64,000 nt of DNA from an uncultured Geobacter sp. (GTDB lineage: Bacteria; Desulfobacterota; Desulfuromonadia; Geobacterales; CAIOGM01): contig CAIOGM010000077.1 in assembly GCA_903857795.1 (NCBI GenBank), forward strand, positions 15,121 to 79,120, in the 5' to 3' direction. Under the pieces are notes generated by a model that was given only the letters and a program-made list of their open reading frames with translations, was not told where the DNA came from and searched no databases. This document shows positions 1-10,161 of the stretch, one piece after another. A program made the position numbers and the translations under genes. Within the stretch, counting starts at the first letter, position 1; each line of letters starts with the position of its first letter.

Positions 1-2
1 TC

Positions 3-428
3 ATCTCCGGCATCGTCACGCTCCTCGTTACTGCGGCCCTCTTCTCCCTCGGTGTGGATTATCCGCTCCTCAATGGACTCTTCGCCGGGATTACCTCGGT
101 CATTCCTTTTGTCGGGGTGATCCTGGCCGCCATTCCTCCACTCTTCTTCGCCTACGTCAAGTACCAGAATGGCCTGATCCTGTTCAAGGTCGCCGCGGCC
201 TTCGGCGCCATCTATTTCGTGGAGGGATACCTGGTCAAGCCGCTGATCTTCAGGGAGTCCATGGACCTGAACCCGCTGCTTACGCTTCTTATGGTGATGG
301 CCTTAGGCGAGATGATGGGGTTTTGGGGAATCCTCCTGGCCATCCCCATCGCCGCCAGTCTCAAGATCTTCTCCGGGCACCTGGCAGCCGGCACCTTTTC
401 TCCTCCTCACCCACCGCCTGAGCCATGA
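3..428 (+). CDS. AI-2E family transporter (PerM/UPF0118-like), C-terminal part; the 5' end lies outside the window
   Basis: The frame is open from the window edge. The hydrophobic C-terminus ([43 protein letters not shown]) is typical of this family. Its stop overlaps the next start (ATGA at 425-428). Confidence 0.65.
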   Translation: MSGIVTLLVTAALFSLGVDYPLLNGLFAGITSVIPFVGVILAAIPPLFFAYVKYQNGLILFKVAAAFGAIYFVEGYLVKPLIFRESMDLNPLLTLLMVMALGEMMGFWGILLAIPIAASLKIFSGHLAAGTFSPPHPPPEP

Positions 429-2605
429 CCGTCTCCCGTTTCCGTGTCACCGGTATGTCGTGCGTCAACTGTGCCGGTAGGATCGAAAGAGAGCTCTCGT
501 CTCTGCCGAGCATCTCCCGCGTCGTGATCAACTTCGCCCTTGAGGAGCTGACTGTGGAGCACGATCCGGCGCAGCTCCCTCCAGAGAGGATCGGTACGCT
601 GGTGGCCGAACTCGGGTATGTCGCCCGTCCGCTCAATGGTTCGGCGGAGCTCACCGACGACGCGGCGGAGCGGTTGGCCGTTCAGCGAAACTGGTTCATC
701 TTCAGCCTGACCGCCTCACTGCCGATCATGTTGACCATGTCGCTTCACCATCACCCCCTCTTCTGTTGGATGAATCTTATTCTGGCGACGCTGGTCCAGT
801 TTACCGCCGGGCTCGCCTTCTATCGGGGGGCGTGGCACTCCCTCCGGAGCAGAAGCGCGTCCATGGATCTGCTGGTGGCGCTTGGCACCTCGGCAGCCTA
901 CTTTTATTCCCTCATCGCATTTTTCGGCCTCCTGGGGGGAGGGGGGGAGAGTTTCTTCGAGACTTCTGCCATGCTCATCGCCTTCATCCGCCTGGGCAAG
1001 TATCTGGAAGCTCGGGCGCGGGGGAAGGCGGGAGAGGCGTTGCGCAAACTCCTGAGGCTCCAGGCCGACAAGGCGCGGCTCCTTGTGGACGGCGTCGAGC
1101 AGGAGGTCCCGGCGTCGCGGATCCGGCGGGGCGATCTGGTAGTGGTGCGGCCCGGTGAGACGGTGCCGATGGACGGTGTGGTCATCGCCGGGCAATCTAC
1201 CCTGGACGAATCCATGGTCACCGGCGAATCAATCCCGGTGGAGAAGCGTGAGGGGGACCCGGTTATCGGGGCCACCATCAACCGTACCGGACTCCTCACC
1301 CTGCAGGCCACGAGGGTAGGGGAAGAGACGCTCCTGGCCCAGATCGTCCGGATGGTACAGGAGGCTCAGGGGGACAAGGCCCCCATCCAGCGGTTTGCTG
1401 ACCGGGCCTCGGCCTTTTTTGTCCCCGCGGTGGTGATCCTTTCGGTGGTCACCTTCTCTGTCTGGTATCTCCTCCTGGGGGCGGCGTTTCTCTTCGCCTT
1501 CAAGCTGGCCATCGCCGTGGTGGTCATCGCCTGCCCCTGCGCCATGGGGCTGGCTACCCCCACGGCCATCATGGTGGGGAGTGGTATCGGTTTGAACGCC
1601 GGGATACTGATTAAACGGGGGTCGGTGCTGGAGATTATCTCCCGGGTTACTGTCATCCTCTTTGACAAGACCGGGACCCTCACCACGGGGAGGCCGGAGT
1701 TGGCGTCATTGCAGCCGCTTCCCGGTGTGACAGAGGCCGAGCTGCTCGCTTGCCTCGCAGTGGCGGGGAGCGGCTCATCCCACCCGCTCTCCCAGGCGGG
1801 GCTGCGTGCCGCCCGGGCCCGCGGGATCGTTCCCGAGGCGGCGGAAGAGCTCCGGGAAGAGGGGGGAGCAGGAATCTCCTGCCGGTACCGTGGCGCCGAG
1901 CTCCTGGTGGGGAGCTCCAGGCTCATGGCGGAGCACGGGATCCTGCCGGAGGGACTCGACTTTATGGCGGGCGAAGCCGCCGCCGGCCGTTCCCTGGTCT
2001 ATGTTGCAACAGGGGGGAAGGTAATGGGTGGGGCCTCTTTCGCCGATTGTCTCAAGGAGAATGCTCCCCAGGTGATCGCCCTCCTGCGGGAGATGGGGAT
2101 CAAGTGCTGCATGATCACCGGTGACCACCGGGAGGTGGCCGAGGTCATTGCCCGGGCAGTGGGGGTGGACGAGTTCGAGGCCGAGGTGCTCCCCGAGCGG
2201 AAGCAGCAGCTGGTGAAGGGGTACCAGCAGGGGGGGGCGCTGGTGGCCATGACTGGGGATGGCATCAACGATGCCCCGGCCCTGGCCCAGGCCGATGTGG
2301 GGATCGCCATCGGCGGCGGGACCGATGTGGCCAAGGAGGCCGGCGATATTGTCATAATGAAAGATGATCTCATGGACGTGGTCCGGGCCATCAGGCTCGG
2401 GAGGAGCACCTTGGCCAAGGTGAAGCAGAATCTCTTCTGGGCGCTTTTCTACAACGTTGCAGGGATCCCCATAGCCGCCGGCCTTCTCTACTACCCCTTT
2501 CAGATCACCCTCCGTCCCGAATTTGCCGGACTCGCCATGGCGCTCTCCTCGGTGACGGTGGTGGGGAATTCGCTGCTCCTGCGGCGGATCGCCCGGAAAC
2601 TGTAG
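425..2605 (+). CDS. copA: Copper-translocating P1B-type ATPase
   Basis: N-terminal HMA motif [15 protein letters not shown] motif ([13 protein letters not shown]), DKTGTLT phosphorylation site and GDGINDAP hinge. Confidence 0.9.
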   Translation: MTVSRFRVTGMSCVNCAGRIERELSSLPSISRVVINFALEELTVEHDPAQLPPERIGTLVAELGYVARPLNGSAELTDDAAERLAVQRNWFIFSLTASLPIMLTMSLHHHPLFCWMNLILATLVQFTAGLAFYRGAWHSLRSRSASMDLLVALGTSAAYFYSLIAFFGLLGGGGESFFETSAMLIAFIRLGKYLEARARGKAGEALRKLLRLQADKARLLVDGVEQEVPASRIRRGDLVVVRPGETVPMDGVVIAGQSTLDESMVTGESIPVEKREGDPVIGATINRTGLLTLQATRVGEETLLAQIVRMVQEAQGDKAPIQRFADRASAFFVPAVVILSVVTFSVWYLLLGAAFLFAFKLAIAVVVIACPCAMGLATPTAIMVGSGIGLNAGILIKRGSVLEIISRVTVILFDKTGTLTTGRPELASLQPLPGVTEAELLACLAVAGSGSSHPLSQAGLRAARARGIVPEAAEELREEGGAGISCRYRGAELLVGSSRLMAEHGILPEGLDFMAGEAAAGRSLVYVATGGKVMGGASFADCLKENAPQVIALLREMGIKCCMITGDHREVAEVIARAVGVDEFEAEVLPERKQQLVKGYQQGGALVAMTGDGINDAPALAQADVGIAIGGGTDVAKEAGDIVIMKDDLMDVVRAIRLGRSTLAKVKQNLFWALFYNVAGIPIAAGLLYYPFQITLRPEFAGLAMALSSVTVVGNSLLLRRIARKL

Positions 2606-2657
2606 AGACGAAAAAACCGGTGTCTCTGCGAAACTCAGTGAATAATGGAGCTACCCC

Positions 2658-3389
2658 ATGAAAAAGAGCACAGTGCTGACCTTCGCCCTCCTCGCCATGG
2701 CGTTCTCCGTCCGGGCCGCGGAACAGCCCCTTCCCCCAGCGCCCGGGATCATCTCGGTGACCGGCAGCGTGACTGAGGAGTTTCCCCCGGATACGGCCAT
2801 CCTGAACCTGGCGGTGGAGACGCAGAAACCAACGGCTCAGGAGGCGGCCCGGGAGAATGCCGCCAAGAGTGAACAGGTGGTGGCCGTCATGAAGGGGCTT
2901 GTCAACGGCGAGGCCGGGGACTCGGTGACCACCTCATCTTACACGGTCCAGCCTGCCTACGAATACGACGACAAGCTCAGGAAAAACCGGCTCACCGGCT
3001 ACCGGACCTTCAACCAGGTGACGGTGAAGACGGCCAGGATCGGTGGCGTTGGCGAGATGATCGACCGGGCACTCACCAGTGGCGCCAACAACGTCACGGA
3101 GATCCGCTTTGCCATCAGGGACAACCGGAAACAGTGTGAAGGGCTCCTTATCAAGGCTGCCCAGAGGGCGCGCCGTGATGCGGAGACGGTGGCGACGGCC
3201 CTGGGGGTCCGGGTCGACGGCATCCACCATCTTTCCCCGACCTGCAGCGGTGAGCCGCGCCCCATGCCGATGATGCGGGCCATGGCCGCCCCCCGCGCCA
3301 TGGACGCGGCAGAGCCGGCGACCCCGGTCGAGGCCGGGGCACTGGCTTTGACCGGCCAGCTGCAGGCGGAGTTTCTTCTGTCGAAGTAG
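2658..3389 (+). CDS. SIMPL/DUF541 periplasmic protein
   Basis: Signal peptide MKKSTVLTFALLAMAFSVRA. Size and overall pattern (LTGYRTFNQVTVK ... ALALTGQLQAEF) resemble the 26-kDa periplasmic immunogenic protein family. Assignment is from memory. Confidence 0.65.
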   Translation: MKKSTVLTFALLAMAFSVRAAEQPLPPAPGIISVTGSVTEEFPPDTAILNLAVETQKPTAQEAARENAAKSEQVVAVMKGLVNGEAGDSVTTSSYTVQPAYEYDDKLRKNRLTGYRTFNQVTVKTARIGGVGEMIDRALTSGANNVTEIRFAIRDNRKQCEGLLIKAAQRARRDAETVATALGVRVDGIHHLSPTCSGEPRPMPMMRAMAAPRAMDAAEPATPVEAGALALTGQLQAEFLLSK

Positions 3390-3437
3390 CCTGTTGCGCA
3401 GCAATATATGGATTGCAACTCTGTGAAAGGGGATCCC

Positions 3438-5279
3438 ATGGGTTATCGTACGTTGGCGGCTGCAGTCGCCGATCTGGAACAACGGAAGCAGCTGCTCAGG
3501 ATTGATGAAGAGCTTGATCCCTGCCTGGAGATTGGCGCGGTGCAGCGGAGGGTCTATGCCGCCGGCGGACCGGCGCTCCTCTTTACCCGCCCCAAGGGGT
3601 GCCGATTTCCGCTCCTGGGCAACCTGTTCGGCACCCTGGAGCGGACCCGCTTCCTCTTCCGGGACACCCTGGAGCAGATCGAGCTGCTCGTCCGGCTGAA
3701 GCTCGACCCCCGTGAGCTACTTCACCGGCCGTCGGCCCTGCTGAAGGCGCCGCTGGCGGCTTTCAACCTCCTTCCCCGGAGTGTCTCCAGCGGTCCCATC
3801 CTCGCCAACCGGATCACCATCGACGACCTTCCCCGGCTCATCTCCTGGCCCCATGACGGCGGTCCGTTCATCACCCTGCCCCAGGTCTATTCGGAGAGTG
3901 CCGTCTCTCCCGGTTTCCGTCACTCCAACCTGGGGATGTACCGGGTACAGCTCTCCGGGAACGAGTATCAGCTCAATGAGGAGGTTGGGCTCCATTACCA
4001 GATTCACCGGGGGATCGGAGTCCATCACGCCGAGGCTCTGGAGCTCGGAGCGCCGTTTCGGGTCAGCATCTTTGTCGGCGGTCCGCCCGCCCTCACCGTG
4101 GCTGCGGTTATGCCGCTCCCCGAGGGGCTGCCGGAGCTCTCCTTTGCCGGGCTCCTGGCCGGTCACCGGATGGCCATGGTGACCCGTGGTGGCAAGCTTC
4201 CCCTGCCGGCGGAGGCTGATTTCTGCATCACCGGCACCGTTGATCCGTCGCGGACGCTTCCTGAGGGCCCTTTTGGAGACCATCTCGGCTACTACAGTCT
4301 CGCCCACGACTTCCCGGTGTTGAAGGTCGAGGAGGTTTTTCACCGTACAGGCGCCATCTGGCCGTTCACCACCGTGGGGCGCCCTCCCCAGGAGGACAGC
4401 TCCTTCGGGGCCTTTATTCACGAACTGACCGGCGATCTGATCCCCTCGGTAGTCCCCGGTCTCAAGGCGGTTCATGCGGTGGACGCCGCCGGAGTTCATC
4501 CTCTCCTCCTGGCGATAGGAAGCGAACGATACACCCCCTATAAACAGCGGCGCCACCCCCAGGAGCTCCTCACCATCGGCAACGCCATCCTGGGACAGGG
4601 GCAGCTCTCCCTGGCCAAATATCTCTTTATCGTCGCCCATGAGGATGCTCCTGAGCTCAAAATTCAGGATATACCGGCCTTTTTCCGGCACGTACTGGAG
4701 CGGGTTGACTGGCGGCGGGACCTTCACTTCCAGACTCGGAGCACCATGGACACTCTGGACTATTCGGGGGAAGGGGTCAACCGGGGTTCCAAGGTGGTCA
4801 TCGCCGCGTGCGGCCCCGCGCTCTGGGAGCTTCCTACGGAGTTTGCCCCGGAGCTGGTTCTCCCCGACGGGTTTGACTCCCCGCGCCTCTGTCTCCCCGG
4901 GATCGTGGCGATCTCCGGCCCACCGTGCGTAAATTATCGCCCTGGCGACGATCGGGATCTGGAACGGTTCTGCCGAACTATTCCCGGAAGTAATCCGATC
5001 ACCACCTTCCCCCTTATCGTGATCGTGGACGACAGCGACTTCACCTCCCGGACCCTCCAGAACTTCCTCTGGGTTACCTTCACCCGTTCCAATCCGGCTG
5101 CGGACCTCTACGGTATCGGCGCCGTCACCACGGCAAAGCATTGGGGGTGCAGCGGCCCACTGGTCATCGACGCTCGGTGCAAACCCCAGCACGCCCCACC
5201 TCTGGAGGACGATCCGGCTCTGGAGCGGCGGCTGGACGAGCTGGGCGCTCCCGGAGGTCCGCTGCACGGAATCATTTAA
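3438..5279 (+). CDS. UbiD-family (prFMN-dependent) decarboxylase, long form
   Basis: UbiD-like blocks RRVYAAGGPALLF, GMYRVQL and HYQIHRGIGVHH. The start is placed at the internal ATG 3438 (MGYRTLAAAV). Confidence 0.75.
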   Translation: MGYRTLAAAVADLEQRKQLLRIDEELDPCLEIGAVQRRVYAAGGPALLFTRPKGCRFPLLGNLFGTLERTRFLFRDTLEQIELLVRLKLDPRELLHRPSALLKAPLAAFNLLPRSVSSGPILANRITIDDLPRLISWPHDGGPFITLPQVYSESAVSPGFRHSNLGMYRVQLSGNEYQLNEEVGLHYQIHRGIGVHHAEALELGAPFRVSIFVGGPPALTVAAVMPLPEGLPELSFAGLLAGHRMAMVTRGGKLPLPAEADFCITGTVDPSRTLPEGPFGDHLGYYSLAHDFPVLKVEEVFHRTGAIWPFTTVGRPPQEDSSFGAFIHELTGDLIPSVVPGLKAVHAVDAAGVHPLLLAIGSERYTPYKQRRHPQELLTIGNAILGQGQLSLAKYLFIVAHEDAPELKIQDIPAFFRHVLERVDWRRDLHFQTRSTMDTLDYSGEGVNRGSKVVIAACGPALWELPTEFAPELVLPDGFDSPRLCLPGIVAISGPPCVNYRPGDDRDLERFCRTIPGSNPITTFPLIVIVDDSDFTSRTLQNFLWVTFTRSNPAADLYGIGAVTTAKHWGCSGPLVIDARCKPQHAPPLEDDPALERRLDELGAPGGPLHGII

Positions 5280-5475
5280 CTCCTGCCACATTTGTCCGGG
5301 GATGAGGCGGGATTGGAATATTTTCGTTGTCAAACAGATCGGCCTGAAGTAAAGTCACCGGGCCCGGATTTTACCTACGGGCCAATTTATTGGTAACTAT
5401 TAATTTTTTGTGGCAAGAATTCGCCATCTGACAGTTCATTATTCACTGTCTGCTTTCAGAGAAAGGTTCATCCAC

Positions 5476-6595
5476 ATGAGACATAGTTGGTACTGTCGGA
5501 GTGTCTCGGCGCTGCTCCTCGGGTTCTTTTCCACTTCAGCACTGGCCGTGCCGGTCATGGAGAGCGGCGGAATCCATGTCGCAGGCGAACGGTATGGGAT
5601 CGATCAGGACGGCAACCTGGTGCGGTTGTTGCCGTCTCCCATCGCCTCGGTTGGACGCTCTGCGTCACGGCTCTCATTGCCACCGCAGGGGGCGAGCGTC
5701 AGGTACGGTCTCGACCAGAACGGCGTCTGCCAGGCTCTCCTTCCCGAGAGCGCTCCGACGACTCCGGTCGCCGCCGTAGCTCCCCTGGAGACGGCGTCTC
5801 TGCCGAAGACGGCCGCCGCCACACCCGCTGTCGCCGCGAATCCGCAAACGCTTATCAAGGGTGAACCGACGGTGCCTCTCCGGCAGAGCTCTCCGACCGG
5901 AGTTGAACGGGGCCGGATCCTGACGCTGCTCTCCGCGACTCTCCGGAGGTGTCGCTCGCTGCTTGCGGGCTTCGGGCCGGTCCCGGTCACCGGCCACCCC
6001 ACCGTTTCAGGCCGTATGGCGTGTGTGGTAGTCCCTCCCGCACCCCGGGCAACAGTGCCGCTGCGTCAGGGGCTGGCGACTCCTCCCCCTCCGCGTTACT
6101 CGCTTCTCATCGATTCCCTGGCGGTCAAGAAAAAGGCGCGGCCGCTGGCGAAGAAGCTGGCGTACCAGGGGGTGGCGGTGGTCGACAGCAGATCGGAAAA
6201 AACGACGGTCACGATCTACCGGTTGGTAGTGGGAACCTTCCCCACAAGAGAGAAGGCCCAGGAGTGTCTCACCAGGGTGGCGCCGAGGTTGAAGGGGGCC
6301 TACCTCATCAGCAGCAACGGCGTTCACGGTGTCTACTGCGGTTCCTGGTACCGGCGGGCAATGGCAGAGGAACAGCTTGCCCGATTCCGAGGGGGGGGGG
6401 CGCCGTCTTACTATCCGTCACGAGAGCGTGGCGATCACGCATACTACCATCCTTGCCGGCTCCTACTGCAGCCGAGAGGCGGCCCGTGATGTCTCGCTCC
6501 GGCTTCGGCTTATGGGGATTCCCGCCGTAGTGGTGGTCGATACCGACTCCCTGGCGCAGTCCCGCGTTGGGCTGAAACGGGAAAATGCGGTCTGA
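5476..6595 (+). pseudogene. Secreted Pro/Ala-rich SPOR-like protein, reading frame broken at a G10 tract (6391-6400); as written it terminates at 6489
   Basis: Signal peptide (LLLGFFSTSALAVP) and a SPOR-like block YRLVVGTFPTREKAQECL. After the G10 run a second SPOR-like block (ILAGSYCSREAARDVSLRLRLMGIPAVVV) continues in another frame (ORF 6329-6595). G9 instead of G10 would fuse the two. Confidence 0.55.
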
Positions 6596-6608
6596 GAGGG
6601 GGGTGCAA

Positions 6609-6637
6609 TTGACTTTTCCCTGCCGCGATGGTATAAA
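6609..6637 (+). promoter_or_regulatory. Sigma-70-type promoter for the polysaccharide export operon
   Basis: TTGACT (6609-6614), a 17-nt spacer, then TATAAA (6632-6637), about 45 nt upstream of ATG 6683. Confidence 0.55.
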
Positions 6638-6682
6638 GCCCGGTCAACCTCACACTTTCTGTCCCAGCTGAAAAGGCGTCCC

Positions 6683-7741
6683 ATGAGCAATCGCACATCT
6701 CTCTTGATTCTCGCGTCACTGATCCTCATGGCGCTCCTGGGCGGTTGTTCCCACTATCGCGACCTTCCCGGCGGTACCGTCAAGGCAATCACCTCCGCCG
6801 TGGTCGAGCAGCAGGAGGTTTCGGTCCCACCTCTTCCCCTCGATCCTCCCCCTTCTCAGGATTACGTCATCGGGTGCAACGACGTCCTCATCGTCAACAT
6901 GAACGGTTCCGACTTCTCTTCGGGGAATTACGGGGTCGATACCAAGAGCAGCTCCTCCACACTCCCTCAGAGCCGGGTGGACGGCAGCGGCGACATCCAC
7001 CTCCCCTATCTGGAGACGGTCAAGGCCGCAGGACTCACCGTCTCGCAACTTCAGGAGAGCATCAGGCTCAAGCTGAAGAAATACTTCGCAGCCCCTTGGG
7101 CTGTGGTTGAGATCTCCGGCTACCGGAGCCAGCCCCTCTACCTTCTGGGGCAGTTCCGCACCTCTGGCACCTTCTACCTGGAGCGTCCCCTTAATCTGCT
7201 TCAGGGGGTCGCCTTGGGGAGCGGCTTCACCGATACCGCCTCCCTGAAGAGCGCCCGCTTCATCCGGGGGGAGCGGATTCTCCCGGTGGACATCTACGAC
7301 CTGCTCGTCAACGGCAACCCCCGGCAGAATGTCTGGCTGAAGGCCGGTGATACCATATTCATCCCCGACAGCCGAAACCAGCAGGCCTTCGTCTTCGGCG
7401 CGGTCCAGAAGCCGGGACCGGTGCCGATCCCCCCCCAAGGGAGTCTCAACCTGGCCCAGGCCATCGCCACCGTTCAGCTTCGGGACGTTGGATATGATTT
7501 CCGCTATGTCCGGATCATCCGCTCACTCTCCCCAACCCGTGGCGAGTTGATAGTGGTGGATTTCGACAAGATCATGCGCGGAGAGAGCTACCCGTTGCTG
7601 CTTCAAGACGGGGATATCGTCTACGTGCCGCGCAGCACCTTCGGCGACTGGAATGACGCCATCGCCGAGATCCTTCCGTCCCTGCAGGCCATCAGCGCCG
7701 TGCTCCAGCCTTTTGTCAACGTCAAATACCTCAAGCAGTAA
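6683..7741 (+). CDS. Polysaccharide export outer-membrane lipoprotein (Wza-like; Poly_export + SLBB)
   Basis: Lipobox LLGGCSH, Poly_export-type block DYVIGCNDVLIVNM and SLBB-like blocks GDTIFIP and GDIVYVP. Confidence 0.8.
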   Translation: MSNRTSLLILASLILMALLGGCSHYRDLPGGTVKAITSAVVEQQEVSVPPLPLDPPPSQDYVIGCNDVLIVNMNGSDFSSGNYGVDTKSSSSTLPQSRVDGSGDIHLPYLETVKAAGLTVSQLQESIRLKLKKYFAAPWAVVEISGYRSQPLYLLGQFRTSGTFYLERPLNLLQGVALGSGFTDTASLKSARFIRGERILPVDIYDLLVNGNPRQNVWLKAGDTIFIPDSRNQQAFVFGAVQKPGPVPIPPQGSLNLAQAIATVQLRDVGYDFRYVRIIRSLSPTRGELIVVDFDKIMRGESYPLLLQDGDIVYVPRSTFGDWNDAIAEILPSLQAISAVLQPFVNVKYLKQ

Positions 7742-7771
7742 TCAGTTTTAGAACTTTTTCTAGGATAACCA

Positions 7772-10141
7772 ATGACCGCACCCCCTATACCCGAGCAGAG
7801 TGTTGAAGACGTCCACCTGAAGGATTACCTCCGGGTGATCCTCCGCCGCCGAAAGATCTTCTTCCTGGCGTTTTTTACGGTGGTTTCCGGGATCGTCTTC
7901 TACACCTTTACGGTCAAGCCGGTGTATGAATCGTCCGCGACTCTCCATGTCAAGGACGACAAGATGAGCAAGGGATCCCTGGTCCAGGAGTTGGGACTCG
8001 GCACCCAGAACGCCGTGGATACCGAGATCGAGATCCTCAAGTCCGTGAGCAATGCCGAACAGGTGGTGAAGATCCTGCACCTGGACTGGAGGATCTCAGA
8101 CCGCTCGCCGGAGCTTCTCTTTACCCTGCTGGAGTTCGACGCTCCGGTGGACAAAGTTTATACGTATACGGTCACTCTCACTGCCGCCGATCAGTTCTCG
8201 GTCACCGATTCCGACGGCGGTCAAGTCGCCGTCGGCCGGAGTAACGTCTCCTTGTCCAAGGGGGGATTCCGGCTCCTCCTGGGGGGGCTCAAGGGGAAGG
8301 CCGGCGACAGCTTCCAGCTCTCCCACACTCCTCCCGACATCGCCGCAGGCGGTCTGCAGAAGCAGATCAAAGCAAGCGAAGTGGGGAAGAAGACCAGCAT
8401 CATCAAGCTCACGGTGAGCAACACGAGCCCGGTCCGGGCCAGGGATATCGCCAACACCCTCACCCAGGTCTACCTGGAGCAGAGCGTCGGGTTCAAGAGT
8501 GAGGAGGCGAGCCGGACCCTGGAGTTCATCGACGAACAGATGAAGCAGATCCATGGCGCCGTGGACGCCGCCGAGGTCAAGCTCCAGTCCTACAAGAGCG
8601 CCACCGGCATCTTCAAGTTGGACACCGAAGCCGAGGAGTTGATCAAGAAGCTCTCCGAAGTGGACAAGGAGCGGGCCGCCACGTCACTCCGGAAGAAACA
8701 GCTGGAGTTTGCCCTCCTGGCCCTCAGGGAAGATATGGCCAAGGGGCGGATCTACACGCCGTCACTCATGAAAGATGACGCCGACGTGGCCGGGATTGCG
8801 GCCAAACTTGCCGACCTGGAGCTTCAGAGGAAGGGGCTGCGTATCGATCAGACCGACGAGAGCCCCCGGGTCAGGGCGATCCAGGCCCAGATCGACGAGA
8901 CCCAACGCCTCCTCCGCGCCACCTATGAGACCAACCTCAAGAACCTGCAGAAGCAGGAGGGGGGGCTCAACCAGCTCATGGGGGGCTACGAGGGGGGGCT
9001 CCGGAAGCTTCCATCCGCCGAACTGGAGCTGGCCCGTCTCTCCCGGGTCTCCAAGGTCAATGTCGACATCTATCTCTTTCTCCTCCAGAAGCACGAAGAG
9101 GCGAGGATCGTCAAGGCCGGGACCATCAGCAACATCAACGTCATCGACCAGGCGCGCCTCCCCCGCAGGCCGGTCACGCCGGACAAAAAGAAGAATATCA
9201 TCCTGGCTCTCCTGGTGGGGGCCATGCTCGGCGCCGGTCTTGCCTTTTTCACCGAATACCTGGACGACACCATCAAGGATGGCGAGGAGGCCCGCCGGGA
9301 GTTGGGGCTCCCCATAATGGCCACCATACCGTTCATCTCCGGTGAGTCGGGAGAGACGGGTGAGCAGGCCGAGTACGCCCCCTCCCTGGTCACCCACCTG
9401 GCGCCAAAGGCGTCGGTCACCGAGGCATTCCGGAGTTTGAGAACCAGCATCCACTTCTCTGCGATCAGCAAGGAGAAGAAGATCATCCTCGTCACCAGTA
9501 ACTTCCCCAGTGAGGGGAAGAGTACGGTCATAGCCAACCTGGCGGTGACCCTGACCCAGACCGGGGCCCGGGTTCTCCTCATTGACTGCGACATGCGGCG
9601 GCCGTCCCTGCATACCCTCTTCAAGCAGGAGAAGGCGCCGGGCCTGAGTGACGCGTTGGCCGGGGACACCCCTCTGAACGGGGTCATCCACGACACCGGT
9701 ATCTCTGGTCTCGACTTCATCCCCGCCGGCACCACCCCTCCCAACCCGGCGGAGCTCCTCGGCTCGGTTTCCATGAAGGAGCGGCTGGACGCCTTAAGGC
9801 TCCTGTATGACCATGTGCTCATCGACGCCCCTCCCTACCTGGCGGTCACCGACGCTCCGCTTCTCTCCGCCTCTGCCGACCTCATGCTGCTGGTCCTGCA
9901 GTCCGAACGGGTCCCGGCCAAGCTGGCCAAGCGGACCGTGGAGATGCTTCAGTCCATCGGTGCACCGTTGGCCGGCATAGTCCTTAACGACAAGACCGGC
10001 CAGACCGAGCGGTACGGCTACTACGGCGGCAGATACTACGGCTACGGTTATTACGGCTATGGCTACGGCTACTACGGTGAAGAGAAGGCCGCCGGCAAAA
10101 AGAAGAAGAGCCGAGGGTGGTGGAAGAAGCTGTTCAGGTAG
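7772..10141 (+). CDS. Chain-length determinant / BY-type tyrosine autokinase (Wzc/GumC-like)
   Basis: Two TM segments flank a long coiled-coil region. The C-terminal P-loop kinase has Walker A SEGKST, A' LLIDCDMRRP and B VLIDAPP, followed by the Tyr-rich tail YGYYGGRYYGYGYYGYGYGYYG. Confidence 0.85.
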   Translation: MTAPPIPEQSVEDVHLKDYLRVILRRRKIFFLAFFTVVSGIVFYTFTVKPVYESSATLHVKDDKMSKGSLVQELGLGTQNAVDTEIEILKSVSNAEQVVKILHLDWRISDRSPELLFTLLEFDAPVDKVYTYTVTLTAADQFSVTDSDGGQVAVGRSNVSLSKGGFRLLLGGLKGKAGDSFQLSHTPPDIAAGGLQKQIKASEVGKKTSIIKLTVSNTSPVRARDIANTLTQVYLEQSVGFKSEEASRTLEFIDEQMKQIHGAVDAAEVKLQSYKSATGIFKLDTEAEELIKKLSEVDKERAATSLRKKQLEFALLALREDMAKGRIYTPSLMKDDADVAGIAAKLADLELQRKGLRIDQTDESPRVRAIQAQIDETQRLLRATYETNLKNLQKQEGGLNQLMGGYEGGLRKLPSAELELARLSRVSKVNVDIYLFLLQKHEEARIVKAGTISNINVIDQARLPRRPVTPDKKKNIILALLVGAMLGAGLAFFTEYLDDTIKDGEEARRELGLPIMATIPFISGESGETGEQAEYAPSLVTHLAPKASVTEAFRSLRTSIHFSAISKEKKIILVTSNFPSEGKSTVIANLAVTLTQTGARVLLIDCDMRRPSLHTLFKQEKAPGLSDALAGDTPLNGVIHDTGISGLDFIPAGTTPPNPAELLGSVSMKERLDALRLLYDHVLIDAPPYLAVTDAPLLSASADLMLLVLQSERVPAKLAKRTVEMLQSIGAPLAGIVLNDKTGQTERYGYYGGRYYGYGYYGYGYGYYGEEKAAGKKKKSRGWWKKLFR

Positions 10142-10161
10142 CTAAAGGGGAGAAATCTGTA

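Noticed and set aside
3717-5333. A 538-aa ORF antisense to the UbiD-family gene.
   Set aside because: This is a typical high-GC antisense artefact. Its composition is Arg/Gly/Pro/His-rich with no recognisable motifs, and the sense strand carries clear UbiD motifs.
5328-5356. A possible sigma-70 promoter (TTGTCA-17-TAAAGT) upstream of the SPOR-like gene.
   Set aside because: It lies 120 nt from the start codon and has a weak -35/-10 match, so I do not list it as a feature.
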